This document shows positions 23,656 to 33,301 of a DNA stretch of 60,886 nucleotides, in pieces; within the stretch, counting starts at the first letter, position 1, and each line of letters opens with the position of its first letter. This stretch comes from Candidatus Limnocylindria bacterium (GTDB lineage Bacteria; Chloroflexota; Limnocylindria; QHBO01). The position numbers and the translations under genes were made by a program. Location: contig DATBIK010000026.1 in the NCBI GenBank assembly GCA_036556985.1, positions 1-60,886 of the forward strand, given 5' to 3'. The notes beneath the pieces were generated by a model. That model made no database searches. It was given only the letters and a program-made list of their open reading frames with translations, and was not told the DNA's origin.

Positions 23656-24099
23656 TCAGTTCCTTCCGTCGAGCCGCGCCTCGGAACGCTCGTCCGGGGC
23701 ACTCTCCTCGATGAATCGCTCGACATCGTCGGCATCGAACAGGTCGTAGACGCGGATCTTTCCGAGCGCCTCGAGCTGCAGGATCACCTTGACGCCCGCC
23801 AGGTTCACCCCCTGGCGTCGGGTGAGGAAGCGGATGATGCGCACCCGCTGGATATCGGCCTCCGAGTAGAGGCGGAGGTTGTTGCGGCGCTGCGGACAGA
23901 CGAGGCCCTCTTCCTCGTAGATCCGCAGCGTCCGCGGATGCACGCTCGCCAGCTCGGCGGCGATGCTGATGAAGTAGCGCGGCCGGTGCGGGTCGCGGAG
24001 CGAGGTCACTGCCCGCTCCGCGCCACGCGAGCGCCGGCCGCGCGCGTCGGTTCGCTGGGTTCGCCGCTGAGCCGCGAGCTCACGCGGTCGCGTCGCCAT
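23656..24099 (-). CDS. hspR: MerR-family heat-shock repressor HspR
   Basis: YFISIAAELASVHPRTLRIYEEEGLVCPQRRNNLRLYSEADIQRVRIIRFL. An alternative GTG start at 24009 has a GGAG SD. Confidence 0.8.
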   Translation of the reverse strand: MATRPRELAAQRRTQRTDARGRRSRGAERAVTSLRDPHRPRYFISIAAELASVHPRTLRIYEEEGLVCPQRRNNLRLYSEADIQRVRIIRFLTRRQGVNLAGVKVILQLEALGKIRVYDLFDADDVERFIEESAPDERSEARLDGRN

Positions 24100-24571
24100 C
24101 GGTCGATGACTCGACCTGCTTCGGCGCCGCCTTGATATGGATCTGTCGCGGCTTGACCTCCTCGGACTTCGGGATCCTCAGCGTTAGGACGCCGTCCTCG
24201 AAGTTGGCCGTGGCGGCGTCGCCCTGGACCCGGACCGGCAGCTGGAGCTGGCGGTGGAACGAGCCGTAGCGGCGCTCGCGGTAGAGGTACTGGTCGCGCT
24301 CGACCTTCTCGTCCGCCTTGAACTCGCCGCGGATGGAGAGAGTCTGGCCGGTGATGGTGATGTCGACGTCCTCGGCCTTCATGCCCGGCAGGGCGGCGGT
24401 GACGACGATCTCATCGGCGGTCTGGTGCACGTCGAGCGCCGGCGAGGTGCCCTCGCCGTTGTAGGTGCGCAGCGTGAGCGGGCTCACGAACGAGTCCTCG
24501 AACAGGCGGTCCATCGCCTGGCGCAGCGTGACCATCTCGCCGAGTGGGTCGAATCGGGTGATGTTTGCCAT
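24080..24571 (-). CDS. Hsp20/alpha-crystallin small heat-shock protein
   Basis: MANITRFDPLGEM...ALDVHQTADEIVVTAALPGMKAEDVDITI...GVLTLRIPK. ATG 24571 has AGGAG 8 nt upstream, so I prefer it to the track start at 24598. Confidence 0.9.
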   Translation of the reverse strand: MANITRFDPLGEMVTLRQAMDRLFEDSFVSPLTLRTYNGEGTSPALDVHQTADEIVVTAALPGMKAEDVDITITGQTLSIRGEFKADEKVERDQYLYRERRYGSFHRQLQLPVRVQGDAATANFEDGVLTLRIPKSEEVKPRQIHIKAAPKQVESSTDGDATA

Positions 24572-24625
24572 TGAAGTGCTCCTTCGAACCTCCTTCACAA
24601 GCCGGTGAAATCGGACCGTGGCGTT

Positions 24626-24655
24626 ACCCTAAACCCTGACAATGACGCTGTCAAG
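24626..24655 (-). promoter_or_regulatory. hsp20 operon promoter with overlapping HAIR-like inverted repeat
   Basis: Minus strand reads CTTGACAgcgtcatTGTCAGGgtTTAGGGT. TTGACA (-35), a 17-bp spacer and TAGGGT (-10). The inverted repeat CTTGACA-N7-TGTCAGG (24635-24655) has the 7-N7-7 geometry of the HspR operator CTTGAGT-N7-ACTCAAG. Confidence 0.6.
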
Positions 24656-24744
24656 AGTCTTATCACGACCGATGGAGTGGCGGGCTTGCGCTGAGCTCGC
24701 TGCAGCAGGGCAGACATGGCCAGGGATGGCCCGTAGGCTGCGGT

Positions 24745-24880
24745 TGGCCCGATACAGCGGGCCACCGTGAGCGTGAGCGGTGCCGAGTGGCGTCCTTCAT
24801 GCTGCAAGTGGCCCTGCACATCGGGCCGAATCCAGCCAGAAACGACCACCAGGCTGCGTTTGGCCCGATACAGCGGGCCG
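24745..24880 (-). repeat. REP-like palindrome cluster, locus B (inverted relative to A and C)
   Basis: TGGCCCGATACAGCGGGCCA at 24745-24764 and TGGCCCGATACAGCGGGCCG at 24861-24880, 116 bp apart; TGGCCCTGCACATCGGGCC at 24809-24828. The flank CCGTGAGCGTGAGC is the reverse complement of GCTCACGCTCACCG in locus A. Confidence 0.8.
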
Positions 24881-24893
24881 GTCGTGACAGACC

Positions 24894-26237
24894 TCAGTGG
24901 CGGAGCCGATCCCGGAGTGTCCGAAGGCGTGGCGTCACCCGCGACCGCTCGCGCGGGCCGAGGTCGCGTCCGCCGTAGCGCACGAGCTGGAAGGCAGCCG
25001 CCAGGCGGGCGAGCGCCGGCCCTTCCAGCCCGGCGGACCGCGCCCGCGCGACGTGGGCGGCCGGCGTCTCCTCGGCGAGCCGCGGCCAGCGCCCGTCCCG
25101 TTCGAGCGCCTCGAGCGCGGCGAGGTAGGCCGACGCCGCATCCCCGGCCCGCGGCCGGCGGCGTCGGGTCGGCCGCGCCGCAGCGGGGCGCTCCACCTCC
25201 TCGTCGGGCGGGACGACGATGGAGCGCTCCTCGAAGGGATCGGCCATGGCCATCCGCATCCGCTTCCGCTCCTGCCAGCGCATCCACAGGATCATGCCGA
25301 GCACGACGAGCTCGACGATGAGGATGAGGCCGACGACGACGTAGAAGATGATGATCGGCGCCCGGGTGGTCACCTCGCGCAGGTCGACGGTGAGGTCCGG
25401 CAGCTCGATCTCGCCGATCCCGAAGCCCTCCGGCAGGAACGGGCCGATGGCGTCGGCGAGGGCCGCCGCCAGGTAGATGATCGGCGTGGCGAGCAGGAGG
25501 AGCGCCACGAACAGGGCCTGGAGCGGGCCGAGGATGGCGACCAACAGCGCGCGGGCCGGGATGCCGAGGACGGCAGCGGCCGGAATGGCGAGCAGGGTCA
25601 CGGCCACGGCGATGCCGAGCAGCAGGGCGACCCACGACCGGTTCGCGCGCCAGTCGCTGCCGGTCGTGGCGCGCACCGCCTCGAGCCGCGCCAGCCCCAT
25701 GGCCGTGAAGGCCGCGCCGACGAAGAAGACGGTGCCGATGAAGGCGGCGGCGGTGAACTCCTGCTCCACGCTCCCGCTGCTGGCCAGGTGGCCGACGGCC
25801 CACGGGATGGCGAGGCCGGGCACGCCCCAGCGCAGGAGCCGGTCCTGGATGGCGTCGTCGTCCTCCGCGGTCCGATGCAGCTCACCGCGCCAGAAGGCGA
25901 TCGCCCCCAGCCAGCCGGCGGCGTGCGTGCCGAGCGCGGCGAACAGGTCGCCGCCGGCGATGGACTGCCGGACGACCGGGTCAATGATCCAGCCGGCGGC
26001 GCCGGCCACGAGGGCCAGCAGCGGCAGGCCGAGCGCCTCGGCCGCCGGCGAGCGCCAGCCGCGACGGCGTCCCCAGGCCATGCCAGCGCCGGCCAGCACG
26101 GCGAGCTCGAGCGGGCCGAGCCACGCCGGCTCGCCGGTGAGGGCCTGGATCGCGGCGTAGAGGACCGCCAGCCAGCTGCCCTCGGCGACGACCTGCGTTG
26201 CGGGGAGGAGGTACCTAGCCGCCCAGGACGAGCGCAT
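24894..26237 (-). CDS. Multi-pass membrane protein with C-terminal DUF4129-like domain
   Basis: Many TM helices, then YLAALEALERDGRWPRLAEETPAAHV...AAFQLVRYGGRD. ATG 26237 overlaps the DUF58 gene end; the track ORF extends to 26321. Confidence 0.7.
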   Translation of the reverse strand: MRSSWAARYLLPATQVVAEGSWLAVLYAAIQALTGEPAWLGPLELAVLAGAGMAWGRRRGWRSPAAEALGLPLLALVAGAAGWIIDPVVRQSIAGGDLFAALGTHAAGWLGAIAFWRGELHRTAEDDDAIQDRLLRWGVPGLAIPWAVGHLASSGSVEQEFTAAAFIGTVFFVGAAFTAMGLARLEAVRATTGSDWRANRSWVALLLGIAVAVTLLAIPAAAVLGIPARALLVAILGPLQALFVALLLLATPIIYLAAALADAIGPFLPEGFGIGEIELPDLTVDLREVTTRAPIIIFYVVVGLILIVELVVLGMILWMRWQERKRMRMAMADPFEERSIVVPPDEEVERPAAARPTRRRRPRAGDAASAYLAALEALERDGRWPRLAEETPAAHVARARSAGLEGPALARLAAAFQLVRYGGRDLGPRERSRVTPRLRTLRDRLRH

Positions 26238-27453
26238 CGGGGTGCTCCTGGGTGGGGACGAGGCTCGCGTTCGCCGCGGCGATCCCCGCGGCGCGGGCGG
26301 CAGTCGCGTGCGCCGGGCCATCCGGCCCGGCGGCGGCGAGCTCGACGCTGTAGCCGCTGCGGGCCAGGCGGCGGGCGGCGGGCAGGAAGGTCCGCGGGTC
26401 GCGGACGGAGAGGAGGAGGACTGTGCCGCCCGGCGCCAGGCGGCGGGTGAGCCAGGTGAGGAGGCCGCCGTAGGGCCCGGAGCTGATCGGGCCGATGCGT
26501 GCCAGCAGTGCGCCGACGCGGCCGACCTGGCTGGCCGACGCCTGCGGCGCCAGCCAGGCGAAGCGCTGCGGCGTGCCGGTGAAGCTCGCCGCCGCGATCC
26601 CCACCGAGGCGCCGTCGTCGAGCAGGCGGCGCGCGATCGAGGCGGCCGCCACGCATAGCCCCTCGAAGGCGGGCTCGTCCCAGGTCATCTCCCAGTGCGG
26701 GCCGGGCAGCGTCTGCACGTCGAGCGCGATGAGCACCTCGCGGCCGCGCGCCGGCTCGTAGCGGCGGCTCACCGGGCTGCCGAGGCGGGCCGTCGCCCGC
26801 CAGTGCACGCGGCGCAGCGTGTCGCCGGGCTGGAAGGGCCGGACGCCGCCGAAGAGGGCCGGGTCCACGAACAGCGAGCGCCGCGCGCGCCGCTCGCCCA
26901 TCGGCGAGGCTTCCTGGCCGGCGCGGCGCACGGGGAGCGTGCGCGGCGAGACGACGAGGGAGGCCGGCATCTCGAGCGCCTCGTCCACCGCGTCCCGCCC
27001 GAGGATGTCGCGGACACGGATGCGCACCGGTCCGAAGTCGTAGACGCCGCGCCGCACCTCGTCGAGGTGGAAGTGGCGCACCACCCGCTCGTACCAGGTC
27101 AGCGACCAGGCGTTGTGCAGGATCCGCCGCCCGGTCACCTCGTTGTCGCGGTCAAGGTGCGGCCGCTCGCGGATCTCCAGCCCGTCGGTCACGAGGTCCT
27201 CGACCCCGACCCAGGGCAGCGGCAACGGCTTGCGGTTCCAGATCGTGACATCGAGCGGCAGCGAGTCGCCGGCCACCGCGCGCGTCGCCCCGATGTCGCG
27301 GCGGTACTCCACCCGGCGCACGCCGAAGCGCGTCCAGAGCCGGGTCAGCGACGCGTACAGGAACGTCACCGCCGCGACGAGCAGGAGTCCGGGCGCGGAC
27401 AGGGCCGCGCCGGCCAGCGCCAGGGCCAGGGCCAGCAGCAGCCAGCGGTTCAT
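26215..27453 (-). CDS. DUF58 family protein (MoxR partner)
   Basis: MNRWLLLALALALAG...FGGVRPFQPGDTLRRVHWRATARLG...VLIALD. The start at 27453 was chosen from the protein-like portion of track ORF 26215..27888. Confidence 0.8.
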   Translation of the reverse strand: MNRWLLLALALALAGAALSAPGLLLVAAVTFLYASLTRLWTRFGVRRVEYRRDIGATRAVAGDSLPLDVTIWNRKPLPLPWVGVEDLVTDGLEIRERPHLDRDNEVTGRRILHNAWSLTWYERVVRHFHLDEVRRGVYDFGPVRIRVRDILGRDAVDEALEMPASLVVSPRTLPVRRAGQEASPMGERRARRSLFVDPALFGGVRPFQPGDTLRRVHWRATARLGSPVSRRYEPARGREVLIALDVQTLPGPHWEMTWDEPAFEGLCVAAASIARRLLDDGASVGIAAASFTGTPQRFAWLAPQASASQVGRVGALLARIGPISSGPYGGLLTWLTRRLAPGGTVLLLSVRDPRTFLPAARRLARSGYSVELAAAGPDGPAHATAARAAGIAAANASLVPTQEHPDALVLGG

Positions 27454-27463
27454 CGGTCCGCGC

Positions 27464-28453
27464 TCAGGCGTCTCCGTCGGCGGGCAGCGGCAGCGGCACG
27501 CCCTCGAGCACCGCGTCCACCACGCCGGCCACCGTCGCGCCGCGCAGCTCGCGGTCGATGTCGAGCAGGAGCCGATGCTCGAGCACGGAGTGGGCGAGCG
27601 CCCGCACGTCATCGGGCAGGACGAAGTCGCGACCGTCGAGGAGCGCCCAGGCCTGCGCCGCGCGGTACAGGGCGACGCTGCTGCGCGGGGAGGCGCCGAG
27701 CCGCACGTCGTCGTGGTCGCGCGTCGCCCGCACGAGCGCGACGAGGTACTGCTCCACGTCCTCCGCCACGCGGACGGTGCGCGCCGCCTCGCGCAGGGCG
27801 CGGACGTCGTCGGCCGAGGCGACCTGGCCCACGCCGTCCATCGGCTCGGCGGAGGCCTGGTGACGGGCGGCGATGCGGCGCTCGGCACCCTCGTCCGGGT
27901 AGCCGATGGCGATGCGCAGCAGGAATCGGTCGAGCTGTGCCTCGGGAAGCGCGAACGTCCCCTCCAGCTCGATCGGGTTCTGGGTGGCCAGCACGAGGAA
28001 CGGGTCCGGCAGCGGCCGTGTCTCGCCCTCGGCGCTCACCTGGCGCTCCTGCATGGCCTCGAGCAGTGCTGACTGGGTGCGCGGCGTGGCGCGGTTGATC
28101 TCGTCGACGAGCAGCACGTTCGTGAACACCGGCCCCGGGACGAAGCGGAACGACGTCCCCTCCAGGATGCTCGATCCGGTGACGTCGCCGGGCAGCAGGT
28201 CGGGCGTGCCCTGCACGCGCGCAAAGCGCAGGCCCAGCGAGGCGGCGAAGGCGCGGGCGAGCAGCGTTTTGCCGACGCCGGGCACGTCCTCCACCAGCGC
28301 GTGGCCCTCGGCCAGCAGGGCGGTGGCGAGGAGGCGGAGCGGTTCCTCCGCGCCGACCACGGCCGCCGACACGGCGCCGCCCACCTGCTCCAGGAAGCGG
28401 TCGCCGCGGGGCACACCATGCTCGGCCGAGGGCTGGGCGAGCGTCTCGGTCAT
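27464..28453 (-). CDS. MoxR-family AAA+ ATPase
   Basis: GHALVEDVPGVGKTLLARAFA...LLVDEINRATPRTQSALLEAMQERQVS...VLATQNPIELEGTFALPEAQLDRF. ATG at 28453. Confidence 0.9.
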   Translation of the reverse strand: MTETLAQPSAEHGVPRGDRFLEQVGGAVSAAVVGAEEPLRLLATALLAEGHALVEDVPGVGKTLLARAFAASLGLRFARVQGTPDLLPGDVTGSSILEGTSFRFVPGPVFTNVLLVDEINRATPRTQSALLEAMQERQVSAEGETRPLPDPFLVLATQNPIELEGTFALPEAQLDRFLLRIAIGYPDEGAERRIAARHQASAEPMDGVGQVASADDVRALREAARTVRVAEDVEQYLVALVRATRDHDDVRLGASPRSSVALYRAAQAWALLDGRDFVLPDDVRALAHSVLEHRLLLDIDRELRGATVAGVVDAVLEGVPLPLPADGDA

Positions 28454-28467
28454 GCCATGGCTACCCG

Positions 28468-29220
28468 TCACAGGGCCGTGGCGTTCACGATCACCCACTC
28501 CCGCGACCCCAGCGCGGCTGCCCGCGCCTCCAGATCCAGGCGCAGGACCGACGCGATCGGCACCGGCACGAGCTCGCTTCCGTCGAAGATGCCGAACACC
28601 TTCGTCGGGCGACGCTGGAACTCGACGACTTCCGCGTTCGCGGTCGCACGAGTGGGCTCGATCTGGGTGATCACGACGCGAACGTCGCGGAGCAGGTTCT
28701 GGGTGGCATCGCCGCAATCCTCGGCGAGGCGACCGGCGTCGCACAGCTGCCGTAGGCGGGCAAGCGCCTCACCCGGCGCGCCCTCCAGGATGATGCCCGG
28801 TCCGGCGGTATCCGCCCACGACGTCACGTAGGCATCGACCACCGCGGCAGGCGTGGCACGCTCGGCGGCGACGAGCCAGAAGCCGGTGCCCCACACCAGG
28901 AGCGGCACCGCCAGCCAGGCGATCGTGGCCGCCGGCGAGCGGGGCTGCGCGGTCGGGGCGGCGCCCTGGAAGGCCCGCGCCCGCCGGAACGTGGCGATCG
29001 CCTTCGCGGCCCAGGCCACGAGGAACGCCACGCCAAGGAGATAGGGGACGAGGTACCAGGTCGTGTCGGCGAGGAGGATCGTGGCGGCGGCGAGGACGGC
29101 GATGGCGACCGCCTCGGCGGCCAGCCAGGCGACGGCCGCGCGACGGCGGCCCATGGCCAGGTCCCCGAGTCCCCAGCCCACCAGGGCCAGGCGCAGCGCC
29201 CGCTCCGGCGGGACGGTCAC
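28468..29220 (-). CDS. Membrane protein with extracytoplasmic C-terminal domain, unknown function
   Basis: Four hydrophobic segments and a non-repetitive C-terminal region. Overlaps the trkA stop by 4 nt. Confidence 0.55.
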   Translation of the reverse strand: MTVPPERALRLALVGWGLGDLAMGRRRAAVAWLAAEAVAIAVLAAATILLADTTWYLVPYLLGVAFLVAWAAKAIATFRRARAFQGAAPTAQPRSPAATIAWLAVPLLVWGTGFWLVAAERATPAAVVDAYVTSWADTAGPGIILEGAPGEALARLRQLCDAGRLAEDCGDATQNLLRDVRVVITQIEPTRATANAEVVEFQRRPTKVFGIFDGSELVPVPIASVLRLDLEARAAALGSREWVIVNATAL

Positions 29221-29876
29221 TCCCCGATGAGCAGCGAGCGCAGCTCCGCCACCTGCTCGCCCGATGTCACGGCAAGGAGCTTGTCGCCGTTCAGCAGGCG
29301 GGTCTCCGGCCGGACGGCGAGGGCGCGATCGTTGCGGATGAGGACCGCGATGTGGCTTCCCTCCGGCAGCTCCACTTCACGGAGCTCGCGGCCGACGACC
29401 GGGGAGCTGGCATCGAGCTGCGCCTCGACGATCTGCAGCTCGCCCTTCTCGAGCTCGGCGAGATGGAGGAGGTCGTGGACGGGGATCTCGTGCTCGATGA
29501 CGCCGAGGATCGTGCGGGTCGGGCTCACCGTCTCGTCGATGGCCAGCTGCCGGAAGAGCTGCTCGTTCTTCGGGTTGTTCACCCGGGCGATGGCGCGCGG
29601 CACGTTGAACCGCATCTTCGCCACCTGGCAGGCGACCAGGTTGTCCTCGTCGTCGCCGGTCACGGCGGCCACCACATCGGCCCGGGCCATCCCGGCCTGC
29701 TCCTGGTATCGGCCCTCGCAGCCGTCATTGGGGATGACGATGCTGCCGAGCTCGTCGGCGATCTGTCGCGCGCGCGAGGGGTCCTTCTCGATCATGACCA
29801 CCTCGTGGCCCGCGGCGAGGAGCTCCTTGGTCAGGTAGTAGCCGACATGGCCACCGCCCACCACCACGACGTACAT
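29217..29876 (-). CDS. trkA: TrkA-family K+ uptake regulatory subunit (TrkA_N + TrkA_C)
   Basis: MYVVVVGGGHVGYYLTKEL Rossmann motif and a C-terminal RCK_C-like region. Confidence 0.85.
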   Translation of the reverse strand: MYVVVVGGGHVGYYLTKELLAAGHEVVMIEKDPSRARQIADELGSIVIPNDGCEGRYQEQAGMARADVVAAVTGDDEDNLVACQVAKMRFNVPRAIARVNNPKNEQLFRQLAIDETVSPTRTILGVIEHEIPVHDLLHLAELEKGELQIVEAQLDASSPVVGRELREVELPEGSHIAVLIRNDRALAVRPETRLLNGDKLLAVTSGEQVAELRSLLIGE

Positions 29877-30416
29877 CTAGGCCTCCTCCTCCGGGGCCGA
29901 TGCCTCGCCCTCGGCGATCGCCTCCTCCGCCTCCTCGGCCGCCTTGGTGCCGGCGGCCGGCGCACCGCGCAGCGGCTCGGCGGTCGGTGCCTGGACGTGC
30001 CCGTTCGTCGCCTCGGGGCCTTCCGCGGCGGCCGTCACCAGCGCGTCGGCCAGGATGACCGTGCGGCAGATCGTCTCCAGCCCCAGGGACCGATACGCCT
30101 CGGCGCGCACCGGGTCGTTGATCTTGGCGATCACGCGCGGGATGCCGAAGGTGTGCTTGCCCAGCTGCGCCGCCATCGCGTTGCGGTTGTCGCCCTCGGT
30201 GAGCGCCATGAGCAGGTCGGTCATCTCCGCGCCCGCGCCGCGCAGCACGTCCTCGTCACCCCCGCTGCCGCGCACCGTCACGCCGCCGAACGACGAGGGC
30301 AGGCGGTTGAACGCGCGCTGGTCGACGTCGATGACGGTGACGTGTTCGCCGCGGCTGTCGAGCTCCGCCGCGGTGCGCGCACCGACGCGACCGCAGCCGA
30401 TGATGATGACCCTCAT
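29877..30416 (-). CDS. trkA: TrkA_N-domain protein with Ala/Glu-rich tail
   Basis: MRVIIIGCGRVGARTAAEL...NDPVRAEAYRSLG. The ATG at 30416 overlaps the usp stop (ATGA). Confidence 0.8.
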   Translation of the reverse strand: MRVIIIGCGRVGARTAAELDSRGEHVTVIDVDQRAFNRLPSSFGGVTVRGSGGDEDVLRGAGAEMTDLLMALTEGDNRNAMAAQLGKHTFGIPRVIAKINDPVRAEAYRSLGLETICRTVILADALVTAAAEGPEATNGHVQAPTAEPLRGAPAAGTKAAEEAEEAIAEGEASAPEEEA

Positions 30417-30898
30417 GGCGTGTGTGCCAGGTCCTCCGTCTCCGCGCGGAGGCACCAGACCGGGGCGGTCGAGTTCCGCATCACGTACGGGACCGTGCGT
30501 CCCGCGTCCCAGCCTCCTCCGAAGCGCTTCTTATAGGGTAGTCCCATCACGATCAGGTCGGCGCCCTGCTCGACCGCCTCGTCGACGATCGCCGCCCCCG
30601 CCGCCCGGGCCTGCGAGATCGAGGTCCGCACCGCGACGCCCTGCTCGCTGAGCAGCGCCTCGCCCCGGCCGAGGATCTCGTCGGCGAAGGCGATGGCGGT
30701 CGCGTCCTCCGCGTCCAGCTGCTGCTCGAACGGCACCTCGATGACGTGGAGCAGGATCGCCTGGGCGTTCGTCTCGCCGAGCAGCAGCGCGGTGAGGCGC
30801 AGCGCCGGCTCGTCGGCGACCGTTCCGCCCACGGGCACGAGGATGCGCTCGAAGCCGAGCAGGGGAGCGCGCTTGTCGGCGCGGCGTCCGAAGATCAT
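30413..30898 (-). CDS. Universal stress protein family
   Basis: ILVPVGGTVADEPAL...ADLIVMGL...VMRNSTAPVW. SD AGGAG lies 5 nt upstream. Confidence 0.8.
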   Translation of the reverse strand: MIFGRRADKRAPLLGFERILVPVGGTVADEPALRLTALLLGETNAQAILLHVIEVPFEQQLDAEDATAIAFADEILGRGEALLSEQGVAVRTSISQARAAGAAIVDEAVEQGADLIVMGLPYKKRFGGGWDAGRTVPYVMRNSTAPVWCLRAETEDLAHTP

Positions 30899-30911
30899 GT
30901 GGGCTCCTATC

Positions 30912-31424
30912 CTACGCCGGGGGCACGTCGATGACGGTGTCCGCGATGAACTCGTCGGTCACCGTGTCGTCGGCCCACACCCGCAGCTCGCCGGCGGCGA
31001 GCGCGCCGCGGCTGAGGAGCGCGCAATCGGCCGGGTAGGTCGTCTCCGGCCGCGTCTCCGTGCGCGGCGCGGTCTCGCGCGCGCGGATCCGCAGCTCGCC
31101 GCCGGTGAGGCTCGCGGTCCGCAGGTCGAGCGACCAGCCGGTGGTCTGCCGCGGACCGAGGAAGACGCAGACGAGCGCGTGCTCGCTGAAATCGAGGTCG
31201 TCGGGAACCGCGGTCACCAGCTCGGCGGCCTCGGCCTCGTCGAAGGCGACGGCCACCGTCTCCTCGCGGATCTTCCGCGGCTCGGCATCGACGTCGTCCA
31301 GGGTCAGGACCGGCGTCTCCGTCCCGCTCGGGGTTGGCAGCGGCGTCTCGGGGGGCGGCGTGTTGGCGGTGCAGGCGGTCACCGCTGCCAGGCACAGGGC
31401 GGCGAGCGTGGCGCGCGTTCGCAT
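30912..31424 (-). CDS. Lipoprotein, PrcB_C-like domain (tentative)
   Basis: Lipobox LAAVTAC. ...VCVFLGPRQTTGWSLDLRTASLTGGELRIRA... resembles the PrcB C-terminal domain as I recall it. The start context is CTAGACCGATG. Confidence 0.5.
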   Translation of the reverse strand: MRTRATLAALCLAAVTACTANTPPPETPLPTPSGTETPVLTLDDVDAEPRKIREETVAVAFDEAEAAELVTAVPDDLDFSEHALVCVFLGPRQTTGWSLDLRTASLTGGELRIRARETAPRTETRPETTYPADCALLSRGALAAGELRVWADDTVTDEFIADTVIDVPPA

Positions 31425-31428
31425 CGGT

Positions 31429-32151
31429 CTAGCGCCCGTAGCTGAGGCGCTCCGCGAGACGCGGTGGGAGGCCGGCGTGGCGCATCGCCTTCTGCGTCGC
31501 GTCGATGTCGTACGCCACCCGGCGGAACTCGACGAGGTTCGCATCGGTGTCGAGGACGAGATAGGAGGCGGCCGGGTTGCCGTCGCGCGGCTGGCCGACG
31601 CTGCCGGGGTTCACGAGCGATCGGCCGGCGCGGATGGAGACGGGCTCGCCGGGGGTGGAGGGCACGGCGCCGGTCTGCCCATCATCGGCGCGGAAGACGA
31701 CCGGCACATGGGTGTGGCCGTGCAGGCAGACACTCGTCTCGAAGGCGGGCAGGTTCGCGGCGGCCACGTCGGAGCCGGTGATGTACTCCCACATCGGGTC
31801 GCGCGGGGAGCCATGCACCGCGGTGAGCTCGCCTTCGGTGCGGACCTCGGGCAGGCTGGCCATGTAGGCGCGCGCGTTGTCGTCGATGACGTCCGCCGTC
31901 CAGCCGATGGCGCGGGCGGCATCGGGGTTGAACCAGGAGGCGTCGATGGTGCCGATGGCGGCGGCGTCGTGATTGCCGAGGACGCTGCGTGCGCCCATCT
32001 CCTGGAGCGCGGTGATGACCTCGTTCGGCTGGGGCCCGTAGCCCACGATGTCGCCCAGCACCCAGATCTCGTCGACCTCGGGCAGGTCGGCGCGCACCGC
32101 GTCGAGCGCGGCGAGATTGGCGTGGATGTCGGACAGGACGGCGAGACGCAC
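31429..32151 (-). CDS. Metallophosphoesterase (YfcE/MPP family)
   Basis: LAVLSDIHAN...VLGDIVGYGP...GNHD...GHTH motifs. GTG start. Confidence 0.85.
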   Translation of the reverse strand: MRLAVLSDIHANLAALDAVRADLPEVDEIWVLGDIVGYGPQPNEVITALQEMGARSVLGNHDAAAIGTIDASWFNPDAARAIGWTADVIDDNARAYMASLPEVRTEGELTAVHGSPRDPMWEYITGSDVAAANLPAFETSVCLHGHTHVPVVFRADDGQTGAVPSTPGEPVSIRAGRSLVNPGSVGQPRDGNPAASYLVLDTDANLVEFRRVAYDIDATQKAMRHAGLPPRLAERLSYGR

Positions 32152-32160
32152 GGGACCGCG

Positions 32161-32166
32161 AGTATA
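32161..32166 (-). promoter_or_regulatory. -10 hexamer TATACT, 9 nt upstream of GTG 32151 (near-leaderless)
   Basis: Minus strand reads ggTATACTcgcggtcccGTG. Confidence 0.4.
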
Positions 32167-32396
32167 CCGATCGTCCGCCGGAAGCCCGCGGTCCGGCCAT
32201 CGAGGTCGGGACCGCCGAATGCTGGCGATCTGTCACCGGGTGGCGCTCACGCCAGCGAGGGGACCTGGGCCGTCGGCCATCTCCCAACGGGTGAGAGGTA
32301 CGCTGGGAGAAGGGGCGATTCAGGGGGTCCAGCCGAGGTACGTGTCACCTGGTGAGAGTTGACCTCGTGGATCGGGCTGGGGCGCTCTTCCTGCCC

Positions 32397-33158
32397 TCAG
32401 CCCAGGGGCCGGCGCGACGGCTCGCCAGGCCGCCGCGGGAATCGTGCCGGGGTGGGGCCCACCTTCTCGACGACCACGAAGGTGTGTCCGCCGAGCGCCG
32501 CGACCCCCGCCGGGGCGACGATCGGACGCGCGCCCCCCACCTGGCCGACTGCGGCGCGGCCGCGCCGCAGCTCCTCGTCGTCATCGCCCAGCGGTCCCTT
32601 CCAGGCCACGAGCCGCCCGCCGACGCGCGCCAGGGGCAGGGCCAGCTCGGCGAGGACGGGGAGCGGGGCGCAGGCGCGGGCGGTGACGAGCGCATAGCGC
32701 TCGCGGTGCCCGGGATCGCGACCGAGGACCTCCGCCCTCTCCGCGACGACGGTCACGTTCCCCAGCCCGAGCGCCGCCGCGAACGAGGCCAGGATCGCGG
32801 ACTTCTTGCGCACCGAGTCGACCATGACCCACTCCACGTCGGGGCGGGCAAGCGCCAGCGGGATCGCCGGCACTCCTCCCCCCGAGCCGAGGTCCACCAC
32901 GCGGTCGGGCGCGGCCGCATCGAGCAGGGGCAGCGCGGCGAGCGCGTCGAGCAGGTGCAGTCGCGCGACCTCCATGGGCGCCACCACCCGGGTCAGGTTC
33001 ACCCGCCGGTTGGCGTCGAGCAGCAAGGCGACGTACCGCTCCACGCCATCGAGGGACGGGCCGGGCACCCCGGCAGCCAGCTGCGGCGCGTCGCGCAGCA
33101 GACGCTCCAGCTCCTGGCGCGCCGCGCGCGCCGCCTCGACATCGGGCAGGGGGGACAA
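32397..33158 (-). CDS. rsmG: 16S rRNA (guanine527-N7)-methyltransferase
   Basis: NLTRV...HLLDALA...VVDLGSGGGVPAIPLA...VDSVRKK...NVTVV. Confidence 0.85.
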   Translation of the reverse strand: MSPLPDVEAARAARQELERLLRDAPQLAAGVPGPSLDGVERYVALLLDANRRVNLTRVVAPMEVARLHLLDALAALPLLDAAAPDRVVDLGSGGGVPAIPLALARPDVEWVMVDSVRKKSAILASFAAALGLGNVTVVAERAEVLGRDPGHRERYALVTARACAPLPVLAELALPLARVGGRLVAWKGPLGDDDEELRRGRAAVGQVGGARPIVAPAGVAALGGHTFVVVEKVGPTPARFPRRPGEPSRRPLG

Positions 33159-33301
33159 AAGGAAATGCCTCCTCCGGTGGCGTTTCGGTCTTCCCGGTCG
33201 CGTGCGGTCTGGACGGCCGGCTTTCGCATCGGCCCCGCAGGCGCCCGGTTACCGTACTCGGCCGCCGGGGAAGCAGGACGGCAACCGTACCCGCCGCGGG
33301 C